Source of the DNA: a virus
Lineage: Duplodnaviria > Caudoviricetes
DNA length: 64,000 nucleotides
Direction: 5' to 3' (one strand)
Virus record (IMG/VR): IMGVR_UViG_3300015607_002466
Coordinates: 1-64,000 of that record
Shown here: piece by piece, positions 9,221 to 20,165 of the stretch
Layout of the letters: each line of letters starts with the position of its first letter
Numbering within the stretch: the first letter of the stretch is position 1
Program-made: the position numbers and the translations under genes
The notes under the pieces: generated by a model
The model's database searches: none
What the model saw: the letters and a program-made list of their open reading frames with translations, nothing else
What the model was told of the DNA's origin: nothing

Positions 9221-12200
9221 ATGGGAATCAGAAATATCAACAGTGCAGAAGCTTGGGAAAAAATCTACGAAGCTTTTGACACTATCAATTTTACTGCGTT
9301 CGATTATGACACCGTTAAACAGTCACTAATCGATTATCTCCGCATCTACTACAAGGAGCATTTCAACGACTTTATCGAATCGTCTGAATTTGTTGCATTC
9401 CTTGGTATTTTCTCATACTTTGCCGAAATTTTAGCATATCGTATTGACGTTAATGCAAACGAAAACTTCATTACGACCGCTCAACGTAAGCAATCTCTTT
9501 TAAAGCTTGCTAAGATCATTTCTTATAAGGTTAGCAGAAATATCCCTGCTCGCGGCCTTGTTAAGATTTCTTCTATTTCTACAACTGAAGAAGTTACCGA
9601 TTCCCAGGGTAACAACCTAAAGAATGTTGTAGTTAATTGGAATGACGCAAATAATTCAAACTGGAAAGAGCAATTCTTCCTAGTGCTAGATCGTGCAATG
9701 ACTGGTAAAATTGGACAGCCTCAAAAGTCCTACCAGATCGGCGACATTGCGATGCAGTTGTATAGCTTCAACAATGATCTTGGATCATTCCGTAATGGCG
9801 TGTTCCCATTTACTGTTGACACTGGATTAGAACAAATTCAGATGGAAGTTGTTCCATCTGACGTCGATGCGAACGGTCCATTTGAGCGTGAACCAGACGC
9901 AAACTCCAAGATGACTTTGTTGTATTCTACAGACGGTGTTGGTGACGCGTCAGACTACACTGGCTTTATGATGTTCACCAAGCAAGGTAGCCTATCTCAA
10001 ATCGATTACAATTTTGCTTCATCAATCCCAAATAGAACTCTTGATGTCAATTTGAACGACATCAACGAAATCGACGTTTGGTTACAGCGTGTTGATTCTA
10101 CAACTGGAGCGATTCTTGAGCGTTGGTCAAAGGTTGAAACCGTTAACGAAGAAAACCTAGCATTCAACAGCGTCAAATCTCGTAAGAAGTTTGAAGTTGA
10201 AACATTAGAGAATAATAAAGTTCGTTTGATCTTTGGTTCAGGAGACTTCTCAGACGTTCCACTTGGTACTTTTAAGATTTGGGTTCGCCAGTCTCAGAAC
10301 TCTAACGTCATTATTCAAAAGAACAAGATTGTCAACCAATCTTTAAACTTCACTTATACCTCAAGCATTGGTCGTAGCGAACAAATCACTTTGACATTCT
10401 CTGCAGTTTCGGTTATCCAAAACTCCGCAGCTTCTGAAACTGTCGACAGAATCCGTTCAATTGCACCTTCTACCTACTATGCGCAGAACCGTATGGTTAA
10501 CGGACAGGATTACAACTCCTATCCTTTGAAGGATCAATCTATCCTTAAGATTCAAACCATCAACCGCACTTTCGCTGGCCAACCAAAGTACATTGATTGG
10601 CATGACGCTTCGGGCAACTACGAAAACGTCAAGATTTTTGGAGATGATTTGAACCTCCATTATGAGATGACTATCAACACTACGAACTCTACCGTTTCAT
10701 CTCGTAGTTTGATTGACTCAGTGATCGAACCGATCCTACAGTCTACCAACATTCAGAACGTCCTCACTCATATTAGCGCAACAACTCCTGCGACCTACGG
10801 TGTTGTCAGCCAGCCACGCAATAAGTTTATTGAGGACAACAGAAAAAATTATTCTTGGTACGAAAAACGATTAAATCCCGTAACAAACCAAATAGAAGAG
10901 GTTCTTCTTGAAAATCAACCGCTATTGGAAAAGACCGCGATCCAAGGCGCGCTTGACCGTCATTGGTATGGCGAACCTTTAGAATATGTCACCATTGACA
11001 ACGTCGTGCATGCTAAGATTCCAGACCCAGTGAAATATCCACAGGATGATGGAAAGATTTATGATGAGTTTATTCCAAGAACTATTGATGGAGTAACTGA
11101 GTACCCACCAGGCGATCCAGGTTCTGGTCTTCAGCCTATTTCATCTCAACCAAAGTTTGGTTTACGTTTCAACCGTTACACAGGTATGGTAGGAACTGGA
11201 TCAATTTCTGATATTACCGTGCTTTCTTCGCCAGAAGAAGATGAAGTTTGGACTCTTGAATTCTCGTCTGATAAGACAACAATCTTTGTTACGTCAAATA
11301 TTCGAGGAAACTATCCATCTGCTGTTGTTGGAACGAAGTACTCTTTAACTAATACCTCATCACCAATTGATTTCTTAGTTACCGCTGGATCTCGAACTTT
11401 TGAAAATGGCGATGCCTTTATTGTTAAGGTTTCAGCAAATCAAATCGGTGCTGTCACAAATTATTCCAAAATGAACCTTAATGGTAAATGGGAGATAATT
11501 GACGGGGTAACCTTAACAAAGCAAAATGGATCAGACGTCGACCCAAATTCTTTGGCATTTGACCCTACCTCAGCAAATGCGTCATGGATTATCTGGGTTG
11601 AGGCGCTAATTTCTCAACTAAATTATGCAATCATTGGCTACAACATCCATTTCAGAGAATTGAAGCTAATCGCTGAATCAGAAAATAAACACACTAAGTT
11701 CTGGTATAACACCGTTGACCAGCTTCTTGATTCTGACACTCAAGATCGAGTATACGACAAGATTAAGATTCTTCGTTCTAACTTAGATGCTTCTGGTAAA
11801 AATCGTCTTCCAGTAGCTGAAAACTATGATGTTGTAGGTGCAGTTAAAAACAGTGATGGTACCACAAACATTTATGCTCTTGAGGTCATTCCTTCAGATA
11901 CACAGAACGCAGTAAATTCAGGCAATGGGTTCCCAGACGATATTCTTCAATTCGAAGATTTCTCAAGAAACTGTTATCGTTATTATCTCGTTGATTCGTC
12001 ATCTAGTGCTGAACTTGAAATCACTGATGTCTCAGTAATCAACAGCATTAAGAACCAATTTGCAAATGGATCGTTCGTTTACAAGACTCCATTGGGTGTT
12101 GAATATCGTCGTTATGCTGCTCGCGGAAATGCGTTTAACACCGTCAAGAATCGTAAGGACGAACTATTAGATTTCATGTGGCAGCATTTTAGTCCAAATA

Positions 12201-12778
12201 CTAATATGATCGACCCATCAGTTTCAAACATTCATGATGCGTTTATCCTAACACGTGGCTATTACGACAATATGATGGCTTATGTAACCGGTGCGTCGTC
12301 AATTGTTCCAACACCACCAACTCCATTGGAACTACGTAATTCGTTTGGTTACATTTTTGATAAGAAGATGCTTTCTGATACTGTGATCATGCATCCTGGT
12401 AAAGTTCGTCTTCTATTTGGTGATATGGCAGAAGCTCAATTGCGAGCAAAGTTCAAAATTGTTAAACTACCAACTGCTACTTTCTCAGATGAAAGAATCA
12501 AGCTAGAAGTCATCAACATTATCAACAATTACTTCAACATCAATAATTGGGATTTTGGTCAGAAGTTCTACGCAACTGATTTGACATCCGTAATTCACCA
12601 AAACTTGGTAACTGAAATTGCAACAATCGTTCCTGTTCCAGTTTACTCAGTGAATTCATTTGGTTCTCTGTTCGTGATTGAACCAGGTTTTGACGAAATA
12701 CTTCAATCTTGCGCAACAATTTCTGATGTTGAGATTGTTACTGAATTGACCGCAAGCGTGTTGAGACAGAAGACTTAA
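9221..12778 (+). CDS. gp6: Baseplate wedge protein gp6/J-like, extended (1185 aa)
   Basis: DYDTVKQSLIDYLR...DFIESSEF...AYRID.NANENFITTAQR.QSL.KLA; AASET.DRIRS.AP..Y..QNRMVNGQDY. Confidence 0.9.
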   Translation: MGIRNINSAEAWEKIYEAFDTINFTAFDYDTVKQSLIDYLRIYYKEHFNDFIESSEFVAFLGIFSYFAEILAYRIDVNANENFITTAQRKQSLLKLAKIISYKVSRNIPARGLVKISSISTTEEVTDSQGNNLKNVVVNWNDANNSNWKEQFFLVLDRAMTGKIGQPQKSYQIGDIAMQLYSFNNDLGSFRNGVFPFTVDTGLEQIQMEVVPSDVDANGPFEREPDANSKMTLLYSTDGVGDASDYTGFMMFTKQGSLSQIDYNFASSIPNRTLDVNLNDINEIDVWLQRVDSTTGAILERWSKVETVNEENLAFNSVKSRKKFEVETLENNKVRLIFGSGDFSDVPLGTFKIWVRQSQNSNVIIQKNKIVNQSLNFTYTSSIGRSEQITLTFSAVSVIQNSAASETVDRIRSIAPSTYYAQNRMVNGQDYNSYPLKDQSILKIQTINRTFAGQPKYIDWHDASGNYENVKIFGDDLNLHYEMTINTTNSTVSSRSLIDSVIEPILQSTNIQNVLTHISATTPATYGVVSQPRNKFIEDNRKNYSWYEKRLNPVTNQIEEVLLENQPLLEKTAIQGALDRHWYGEPLEYVTIDNVVHAKIPDPVKYPQDDGKIYDEFIPRTIDGVTEYPPGDPGSGLQPISSQPKFGLRFNRYTGMVGTGSISDITVLSSPEEDEVWTLEFSSDKTTIFVTSNIRGNYPSAVVGTKYSLTNTSSPIDFLVTAGSRTFENGDAFIVKVSANQIGAVTNYSKMNLNGKWEIIDGVTLTKQNGSDVDPNSLAFDPTSANASWIIWVEALISQLNYAIIGYNIHFRELKLIAESENKHTKFWYNTVDQLLDSDTQDRVYDKIKILRSNLDASGKNRLPVAENYDVVGAVKNSDGTTNIYALEVIPSDTQNAVNSGNGFPDDILQFEDFSRNCYRYYLVDSSSSAELEITDVSVINSIKNQFANGSFVYKTPLGVEYRRYAARGNAFNTVKNRKDELLDFMWQHFSPNTNMIDPSVSNIHDAFILTRGYYDNMMAYVTGASSIVPTPPTPLELRNSFGYIFDKKMLSDTVIMHPGKVRLLFGDMAEAQLRAKFKIVKLPTATFSDERIKLEVINIINNYFNINNWDFGQKFYATDLTSVIHQNLVTEIATIVPVPVYSVNSFGSLFVIEPGFDEILQSCATISDVEIVTELTASVLRQKT

Positions 12779-12846
12779 TCTCAGTAGATCTCCACTAATA
12801 ATGGGAAGCGTCACGAAAGTGCGTTTCCCATTTATTTTCTACTCTA

Positions 12847-12853
12847 ATAAATA
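12847..12853 (+). promoter_or_regulatory. Late promoter ATAAATA
   Basis: ctaATAAATAc; supports ATG 12891 rather than 12801 as the real start of the giant ORF. Confidence 0.65.
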
Positions 12854-12890
12854 CTTCATCGAAAAACTCAATCCCCAGAAGAATCATCTT

Positions 12891-15800
12891 ATGAGCAAAT
12901 CTAAAGACTACGTTTACGACAATCTAGACGTTTTTGATTACGTCCCTGAATATCTTAAGAACCAACTAAACTCTTCAATGTCAAGAAACCTTTTCAATAA
13001 GTTTCTTACTAAAGAAGAGGCTGTGCAGGTTTATGGATTGATTGGAAACAAGTCAGCATCCGATACTGATTCGAGACCTTTGTTGCCTCAATCATCAACT
13101 GAGAGAAAAATTAATTCTTTGATTCCAATGATTTATGGAAAATCTGGAACTGAAGAAACCGTCCTTTCTTTCTCAGACGTTATCAATAAAGCTCGCCTAT
13201 TAGGAATCAACGTTTCTGATTTTTCTAATTGGGGAGGATGTCAATCTTTTAATTTCGTTCCACCTATCGATATTGATAAGTTTATCAACTTCTCAAGTTA
13301 TTTTTGGTATGGAAAACAAACTGCGTTCGCACCTGCATGGAACAGCTCTTTAGATCCAGAGTTTTATGTGATCGCAAGACCTAGCAAAAATGACATAAAC
13401 AAATTCCCAGTTGAAGTTGCTACCTATGTTAATACCATCCTTACTGGATCTGGTCACGCGGACGAAAATTGGATTGTCACTTTTTCTGACGCTCATAATT
13501 TCGTAATCACTGGCGAAACCTCTGGTATTTCCGGTCCTGGAACTGTTGACACCGTATTTAGATCCACTTACTTGACATTTAAAATTTCAAGTGGTACCAT
13601 CCCATTCGTCAATGGGGATACTTTCGTCATTTCAGTTAAAGATTTGTCAGAACAATACACATTCACATACTCAGGAACCGGCAATGGCGGTATCTCAGGT
13701 ATTAAGGGTATCAGACGTTTTGCCGCAATCGTCCAGCCTGATGGATCATCCGTGCAGACCTACGACGGTATGCGAGTGCTCGTAACCAACCAAAATAATT
13801 CTTCCGAAAATGGAATTTATATCGTTCGCTCCGGCGCGTGGGAGAGAGCTGTTGATTGTCTTGAAGGTTCAACTGGATTTGATGGTATAAAAGTTTATGT
13901 TTCCGGCGGAGCGGCTGAAATGATTGGCCTTTGGGAAGCGATAACATTTAATAACACTTCCAAAATTTTCCAAAAGGTTTCTGAAAACAGAAACGTTTCT
14001 GAATGGTCACAATACAATTTCTGGGTTCATAGAGATGATGCAGAATCTCTAGGAATCAACATCAACAACGCGATCCAAGCTAAGCGTCCAATTATCGAGT
14101 ATTCTTTTGATTTGGAAATGAATACTGATCAGGTCGACGGTAAACCACTTGGTGGAAATGTTCTGCTAAATGCTGAACAGAAAAAGTATAAATTCAACCA
14201 ACTTCCGCTATTCAATTTGTATTTGGCAAACGGTGAGTTTGCTGAAAAAGTTTCATCAATTTTTTACTACGAAGAAAGCAATAAATCATCGATCGATTCT
14301 CAGCTAAAACGTCGTATTCTATTGGATGAAAATAATGACTTCGTGTTTAGTCAGGGTTGTGTGGATGAAAACGGTGGAATGCTATTCTTTAAAGAATCTG
14401 GTCTAATTAAATCAGTATGGGCGGCAGGTCCGAACCATGCTGAAGTATCAACACCACTATTCTCAAGCGTACAACGTCAAATTAAAGATGCTGAAATTGG
14501 CGTAATAATTAGCGATGTAAATTCGCATATTAAGAATGCTAATTGGCTAGCGACTGCTTCAACCTCAACAAGCTTTACTCTTGCGTCATATCAATATCCT
14601 GAAATTTCTGTCAATGTTCCATTTGACAGCTCAATTAACGTAGTTGACGCGCTAGGAAACAAACTATTCACCATCACTATTCCTTCGGGATCCACAGAAG
14701 TTCCAACTTCAGGCGTAAACGTTGGTGACTATTTCAGATTTAAATCTGTCAATAAAGAATTCCCACGTTACGTTACTGGTGAAACACTTGCTGCTTCTCA
14801 TGAAGTAGCAATAGACGAAGAAATGGTAAATGGAGTTTGGACAACTCCATTCCAATTAGAATTTAACCCTTACCATGAAAATCGTAAGACTGTTCATTTT
14901 GGCGATTTGATTAACCACTTCAAATCTATTATTGCTGCCCAGCCAGGTTTTTTCGGAAGCTCATTTGGTAGAAACAATTTTAGAGAAATCTCAAATAAAA
15001 ATGTTGGCCTAGGCGGAAAAATTAAAGAACATAATGGGGCATTTAATAAGTTTGTTGGATTAACTAACCAAGATAACATTTCTCCGTTGTCAATTATTGA
15101 TTTTGCTGAGACTCAATATGCACAAGCATTAAATTCAGTCAGCGAGTACGTAAACAAATACGCAATTGATTTCTTAACAAATCACGGCACTCCTGTATTT
15201 TTAATGGGAGTCGAATCAACTAACAAGATTCCTACCCTTGTTGATGAATATTGCGCGTACTACAAGGAGCGTGTTGACGTAGCTTCTTATCTATCGGATT
15301 CAACTTCCGTTATTCCAAACTGGCCTGCAACTCTTCCATCATTGGGATTGTCTGGTGCGGTTCGTCCATTCTTTGGATTTGACCATGAACTTGGCCTAAA
15401 CGTTATTGTCCACCATGACGGTCACTTAAGCCCAAAAAATCAACGAAACGTTGAGTTTGACCGTGGACTAACAAAACAATCAGTGCTTCGCTCTGATGGA
15501 ACCTCATGTCCTGGTATTTTTGCTTCATCAATGCCAGCAAAACCATACAAGAACCAGTTGTGGTTCCATTCTAATACCAGCATCCTAAGAATTTTTGATG
15601 TTTCATCAGATACTTCTGCGCCTCTAAATCCATCAGCTAATGATTTTTGGTACGATCGAAACGCAGACACTTTGCACCAATGGATTGGTAATGAGTGGGT
15701 GGCAAAATCTGATAAGAGCATCGCGTGGAAAATTGTTGAGACTGATAGTATTCTTAACGCGTTCATTATTGAGATTGAAAATCGCCTATTTAATTCTATC

Positions 15801-18800
15801 CACCCAAATCAACAAATGGTTTGGAACGCTTCTCGATACGTTTCTACTGAAACTCTTAAGTTTGAGCTTGCAAAGTTTGCAGCAAAATACAATTACGATC
15901 CATACGCGCCAGACTTCAATGTGAATGACCCATTCACCTGGAATTACAAACAGGCAAATTTCCCTGTTATTGGTACTGGTCACGCAAGATGGTATGACAT
16001 TTACGCGGCGTATTTCGCAGCGGCAACTGGCACTCAATTTACTACTTGCCGCCCAAATATCGAGCCATGGAGATTGCTAGGTTATGAAACTATGCCTGCA
16101 GGTTTCTATGAAACTTATGGCGGCGTATCACACATAGATTCATTACTTGCGGTAAATGACGTTTCCGTAGTATTGTTTGACAATTTGGTTTCAACATCAG
16201 CTTGCCCAAATGTAGTTGACGGAAAAACTCTTTCAGTTGGTGATCGAGTTCTAGTCACCACTGGTGCGAATGCCGGCATCTACACCGTGACTTCAGTTGG
16301 AACTGGAACCAACGGCTCCTGGGCATTTGCATCAGACTTTAACCCATTCGCTATTCAGGTTGGACTAAATGTTTCCGTCAAGAATGGATCTCTATGGTCA
16401 GGTTCGACTTGGGTAGTCGTTGATAATGGTGGTGTCAAGTCATTTGAACAAGTTCGTCAATGGAAGCTACAACTATGGGCAGACATCCAAGCAGCATTCC
16501 CTACCTTGAAACTATGTGTGAACGTGTTCAATGAGCAATTGCTCCCACCTTACGTTGATCCATTGTCTCCAGCTGCTCAGTTCGGTCTTCTTAACATTGC
16601 TCCATCAGGAATCGCGAATGCGTACGAATTTGGGGACAATGGTCCTACTGAAATCGTATGGAAGAAATCACTGGAACACTCCTACTCACTTCTACGCTCT
16701 TCGATGAAGAATCAACCATTGCTCTTCATCGAGAGTACCTGGGGTGACGTGTGTCGATCTGTGGGTGGCTTAAAACTCGACAAGCAGCTGGCACGAAAAG
16801 AATCTCACAAAGAAATTCTACTGCACGGCGAAACTCTTCCTGTGAAGAACCGTGCCCGTATAATATACAGCTCTGTGCTTCCTGTAACTGGAGCTGGGAC
16901 CAGGGAAAAATCTGTAGAATTGGTTTGTGACTACGTAACGGAGTTTTTCGACTTCTTTAAGGTTACCGTAGACGGAAAAATTGTTGGACACCTAAACAAT
17001 TTTGATCCTTCTTGTGGAATCGATTTCTCCCAATTAGAAATTACCGATCAGGGAATGGGATTCTATGTTGGAGACAAAATCTCCTTCTCACTAACTGATG
17101 GCGTAATTTCTAACGTGGTATTCGAGTCTGCGAAGACTAAGGTTTACCAAGGTATTGGTCAATTTTACACCCAACTTTTGAAGTTCAATTCCTACTCTTT
17201 GGTCACTTCTAAGAATTCTGTAATGTTCCGTAACTGGGATGTCAATCTTGGATACCGCTTCGGCGCATTTATGAATACCGAAACCTTGAGTCTAAAGAGC
17301 AACGGTTTCGACATCCCGCTTGGTATGTGTAATATGCTAACCAAGATTAGCCCATACGCAGGTTCATCTTGGATTAATGCGCTTCGTATTCAGCTAGTCA
17401 AGGTAGGTTCTACACAGCTAGTCGACGGAATCTATAAACCAGCAAACAATGGGGATGATTGGGTATTCCGTATTGAAACCTATTTCAATAAGTACCCTGA
17501 AATTTCGTACTATGATGTTGACACTGCAGGCGAATTCATGACTTTTGACGTATTGTCTGGTCGTCGCTGCCCTATCACATGGAAGAACTACTCCGGCAAT
17601 CGTGGTGTTAAGACCTCAACTGTCCCAATGATCATCACTGGTGTTCAAAACGTCGTAAACTTCTTGTTTGGATATACTCGTTTCCTACAAGACTCAGGCT
17701 GGGTTATCAACAACAACGCAAATCCAGATATCGACGCAGAAACTGGTCGTATCATCACATGGCAACTAGAAATCGAAAAGTTTGTAGACGCAGTTTACGA
17801 CAATTTGACACCTGGTTCCGGCGTGATTATCAACCCATTCATGAAAAATGTTTGGTTCCAAACTGCAAAGGGCCTAGTTTCAAAATTTGAGACTATCAAT
17901 TTCTTGGATGTGTCAGCTTCTCAGTTTGCGTTTGACATTACCGGTAGTCAGATTTCTCTTGATCAATTGAAGATCATTAGAGAAGAAGATACCACCATGG
18001 TAATCTCTGATACTCCAATTTTCGGCTTGCACGTAAATGTTGAGCACTATGAGCATTGTGTTCTGTTCCCATATTATCTCGACAACAGCAAGAAACAAAA
18101 GCTAATCTTTGATCCATTCTTGGGTATGAAGCTTGGTAAAATTCTTGTTCAAGGTTCTCGTCAAGCAGTTCAAACTGCTCGTCCATCATTTGGCGGCTTC
18201 TATCTAAGCAACAATAAGATGAAGAGAAACTTGGTTTCGTCAATCGATGATCTAGGAAAGTTGTACGATTCTGACGCGGTTTTCAACAATCCAGAATATT
18301 CTAAGTATGCTTTGGCATTATTCGGATTCTCCGAAAAAGATTACTTTGATTCACTAGGAACTTCTAAGAAGAATCAATTTAATTTCTGGAGAGGAATGAT
18401 TCAGGCTAAGGGAACTAACTCTTCTGTTGAAGCTTTCCTAAATAACAAGGCCTTTGAAGATGCGAAGATTGACGAGTACTGGGCATTCAAGGTTGCCGAA
18501 TACGGAGATGCGCGAACCAAGTCTTTCCCTGAGTTGAAGCTTCAAGCTTCAGACAGTTTGATTGACACCACTCGTTTCCAATTTGACGGCGATCAAGTTT
18601 TACCAGGCTTTACTCAAATTTCGTCAACTGACGAATCCCGTTGGGTAAATCTTGACGATTTGAATGAGCTTAAAGCTCGTGGTATGTATTTCGACGCGAC
18701 CTCCGTAGGTAAAATCGTGTTGAAAGAAAAGCCTCAAATCGTGAACTTGATAAATGAAGGCAATGGTGCTGTTAAATTCGTAACCGGTTCTACCGTTGTT

Positions 18801-20162
18801 AAATCGTTTATGAGTCCAACTGTTATCCGTTGTACTATGGACGATGTTGAAACTTTCACTGTCGTAAATACTGCAACAAATCAGGAACTAGGAACCGGAA
18901 TCATCGGCATTAATTTCACTTGCTCAGATTTTGAATTTACTGTCGAAACTGATTTGTTTGAAATGCAACCTGGAGATTCATTCACTTTCGCTATTTCTGT
19001 AGATATTGACACATTGGTAAAACTACCATTTGTCAGCGACAAGCTTGTGATCAGTGATACCTCATCAGTTGAAGTTGTTTCTCAAACTGTTGTTAGAGTT
19101 AAGAAGGCAAATACTGCACCGATTACTATCGAAGGTTTTGGGCCACAAAAACCAAAATTTAGCCCAATCAAATTCTTCGACTATAAGAGCGATTTGTTCC
19201 TTGGTAATATTCCATACTGGAACCCAGCAATTGGACAACATACTCCAGAAGCATATGAAATCATTAACATGATTTCTCCAGTTGATCCAGCAAAATACAA
19301 CCAAACTACCCAAATCGTCAACAACCCTAACTATGACATGCTAAAACCATGGGGTAGCAGAGAGGTTGGTAAAGTTTGGTGGAATACCAATAAGCTTGAC
19401 TACAAGCCTTATTACGATCCTGCTTTCTACCCAAATATTGAGCACCGTTTGTCAAAATGGGGTTCTGCTGCTGAATACTCAAGTGTTGAAGTTTACGAAT
19501 GGGTAGAGTCTGATGTTCCTCCTGAAAAATACGCGGAACAAGTTCTTGCTGATGCTAAGGATCAGAACAAAACCCAAAGCGATAAGAAGAGCGGCGAAGT
19601 TGCAATCTCTAAATTGCTAACTCGCTCAAGAACTTGGAATGTTCGTCCAGTTGCTTGGAAGAAGAATGAAGATTATGAATCACCATTCATGACTTCAGCG
19701 CTATTCAACAAAATTAGAGTAACGTCTGAAACTATTGGTGCTTCACGAGCAATTTTGAATTACGGGCGATTCTCAGACTACTCCATTAACGCTGGAATGT
19801 CTCTATCTGCGTGGAATAAAATTGATGATGTTCCAGTAGGTCAAGCTTTGGTTGGAACCGAAAAGACGTACGTCATTGGCGCTGAAAATGAATTCATGAG
19901 ACCGTATATCGATCAGCCTTCTGATTCACGCATCTCAAGTGTTAGCGTAGATTTCTCGACCAAGACTTCTTCTATTGGAAAAGCAATTGGCAAGATCGCT
20001 TTTACAAATTACTCCGAAGGTGGAATTTATTACGTTAGAGCAACTGAAATAAATACAGGAAAATCACAATCATTGCCTGTCAGCGATGTCGTTGTTGGTA
20101 CTCCTTTTGTTGATTTCGACTTCTTCGAACTTGGTGTAAAAATCAGACTAAACTTGGCCTAA
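12891..20162 (+). CDS. Giant virion structural protein (baseplate wedge/fibre platform, about 2420 aa)
   Basis: Uninterrupted ORF after gp6. Two tail-fibre-type 'DG..L..GDRVLV....N.GIY.V....W' motifs and 'F.I..G...F..GD.F.I.V' modules. Start placed at MSKSKDY because the late promoter lies between the two candidate ATGs. Confidence 0.75.
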   Translation: MSKSKDYVYDNLDVFDYVPEYLKNQLNSSMSRNLFNKFLTKEEAVQVYGLIGNKSASDTDSRPLLPQSSTERKINSLIPMIYGKSGTEETVLSFSDVINKARLLGINVSDFSNWGGCQSFNFVPPIDIDKFINFSSYFWYGKQTAFAPAWNSSLDPEFYVIARPSKNDINKFPVEVATYVNTILTGSGHADENWIVTFSDAHNFVITGETSGISGPGTVDTVFRSTYLTFKISSGTIPFVNGDTFVISVKDLSEQYTFTYSGTGNGGISGIKGIRRFAAIVQPDGSSVQTYDGMRVLVTNQNNSSENGIYIVRSGAWERAVDCLEGSTGFDGIKVYVSGGAAEMIGLWEAITFNNTSKIFQKVSENRNVSEWSQYNFWVHRDDAESLGININNAIQAKRPIIEYSFDLEMNTDQVDGKPLGGNVLLNAEQKKYKFNQLPLFNLYLANGEFAEKVSSIFYYEESNKSSIDSQLKRRILLDENNDFVFSQGCVDENGGMLFFKESGLIKSVWAAGPNHAEVSTPLFSSVQRQIKDAEIGVIISDVNSHIKNANWLATASTSTSFTLASYQYPEISVNVPFDSSINVVDALGNKLFTITIPSGSTEVPTSGVNVGDYFRFKSVNKEFPRYVTGETLAASHEVAIDEEMVNGVWTTPFQLEFNPYHENRKTVHFGDLINHFKSIIAAQPGFFGSSFGRNNFREISNKNVGLGGKIKEHNGAFNKFVGLTNQDNISPLSIIDFAETQYAQALNSVSEYVNKYAIDFLTNHGTPVFLMGVESTNKIPTLVDEYCAYYKERVDVASYLSDSTSVIPNWPATLPSLGLSGAVRPFFGFDHELGLNVIVHHDGHLSPKNQRNVEFDRGLTKQSVLRSDGTSCPGIFASSMPAKPYKNQLWFHSNTSILRIFDVSSDTSAPLNPSANDFWYDRNADTLHQWIGNEWVAKSDKSIAWKIVETDSILNAFIIEIENRLFNSIHPNQQMVWNASRYVSTETLKFELAKFAAKYNYDPYAPDFNVNDPFTWNYKQANFPVIGTGHARWYDIYAAYFAAATGTQFTTCRPNIEPWRLLGYETMPAGFYETYGGVSHIDSLLAVNDVSVVLFDNLVSTSACPNVVDGKTLSVGDRVLVTTGANAGIYTVTSVGTGTNGSWAFASDFNPFAIQVGLNVSVKNGSLWSGSTWVVVDNGGVKSFEQVRQWKLQLWADIQAAFPTLKLCVNVFNEQLLPPYVDPLSPAAQFGLLNIAPSGIANAYEFGDNGPTEIVWKKSLEHSYSLLRSSMKNQPLLFIESTWGDVCRSVGGLKLDKQLARKESHKEILLHGETLPVKNRARIIYSSVLPVTGAGTREKSVELVCDYVTEFFDFFKVTVDGKIVGHLNNFDPSCGIDFSQLEITDQGMGFYVGDKISFSLTDGVISNVVFESAKTKVYQGIGQFYTQLLKFNSYSLVTSKNSVMFRNWDVNLGYRFGAFMNTETLSLKSNGFDIPLGMCNMLTKISPYAGSSWINALRIQLVKVGSTQLVDGIYKPANNGDDWVFRIETYFNKYPEISYYDVDTAGEFMTFDVLSGRRCPITWKNYSGNRGVKTSTVPMIITGVQNVVNFLFGYTRFLQDSGWVINNNANPDIDAETGRIITWQLEIEKFVDAVYDNLTPGSGVIINPFMKNVWFQTAKGLVSKFETINFLDVSASQFAFDITGSQISLDQLKIIREEDTTMVISDTPIFGLHVNVEHYEHCVLFPYYLDNSKKQKLIFDPFLGMKLGKILVQGSRQAVQTARPSFGGFYLSNNKMKRNLVSSIDDLGKLYDSDAVFNNPEYSKYALALFGFSEKDYFDSLGTSKKNQFNFWRGMIQAKGTNSSVEAFLNNKAFEDAKIDEYWAFKVAEYGDARTKSFPELKLQASDSLIDTTRFQFDGDQVLPGFTQISSTDESRWVNLDDLNELKARGMYFDATSVGKIVLKEKPQIVNLINEGNGAVKFVTGSTVVKSFMSPTVIRCTMDDVETFTVVNTATNQELGTGIIGINFTCSDFEFTVETDLFEMQPGDSFTFAISVDIDTLVKLPFVSDKLVISDTSSVEVVSQTVVRVKKANTAPITIEGFGPQKPKFSPIKFFDYKSDLFLGNIPYWNPAIGQHTPEAYEIINMISPVDPAKYNQTTQIVNNPNYDMLKPWGSREVGKVWWNTNKLDYKPYYDPAFYPNIEHRLSKWGSAAEYSSVEVYEWVESDVPPEKYAEQVLADAKDQNKTQSDKKSGEVAISKLLTRSRTWNVRPVAWKKNEDYESPFMTSALFNKIRVTSETIGASRAILNYGRFSDYSINAGMSLSAWNKIDDVPVGQALVGTEKTYVIGAENEFMRPYIDQPSDSRISSVSVDFSTKTSSIGKAIGKIAFTNYSEGGIYYVRATEINTGKSQSLPVSDVVVGTPFVDFDFFELGVKIRLNLA

Positions 20163-20165
20163 CGT

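Noticed and set aside
12801-12890. ORF-track start of the giant protein at 12801
   Set aside because: A late promoter lies inside this segment and the extension is atypical; ATG 12891 preferred. Similar upstream extensions were rejected at 8795, 36030, 36466, 38866, 41947, 57946 and 61018.
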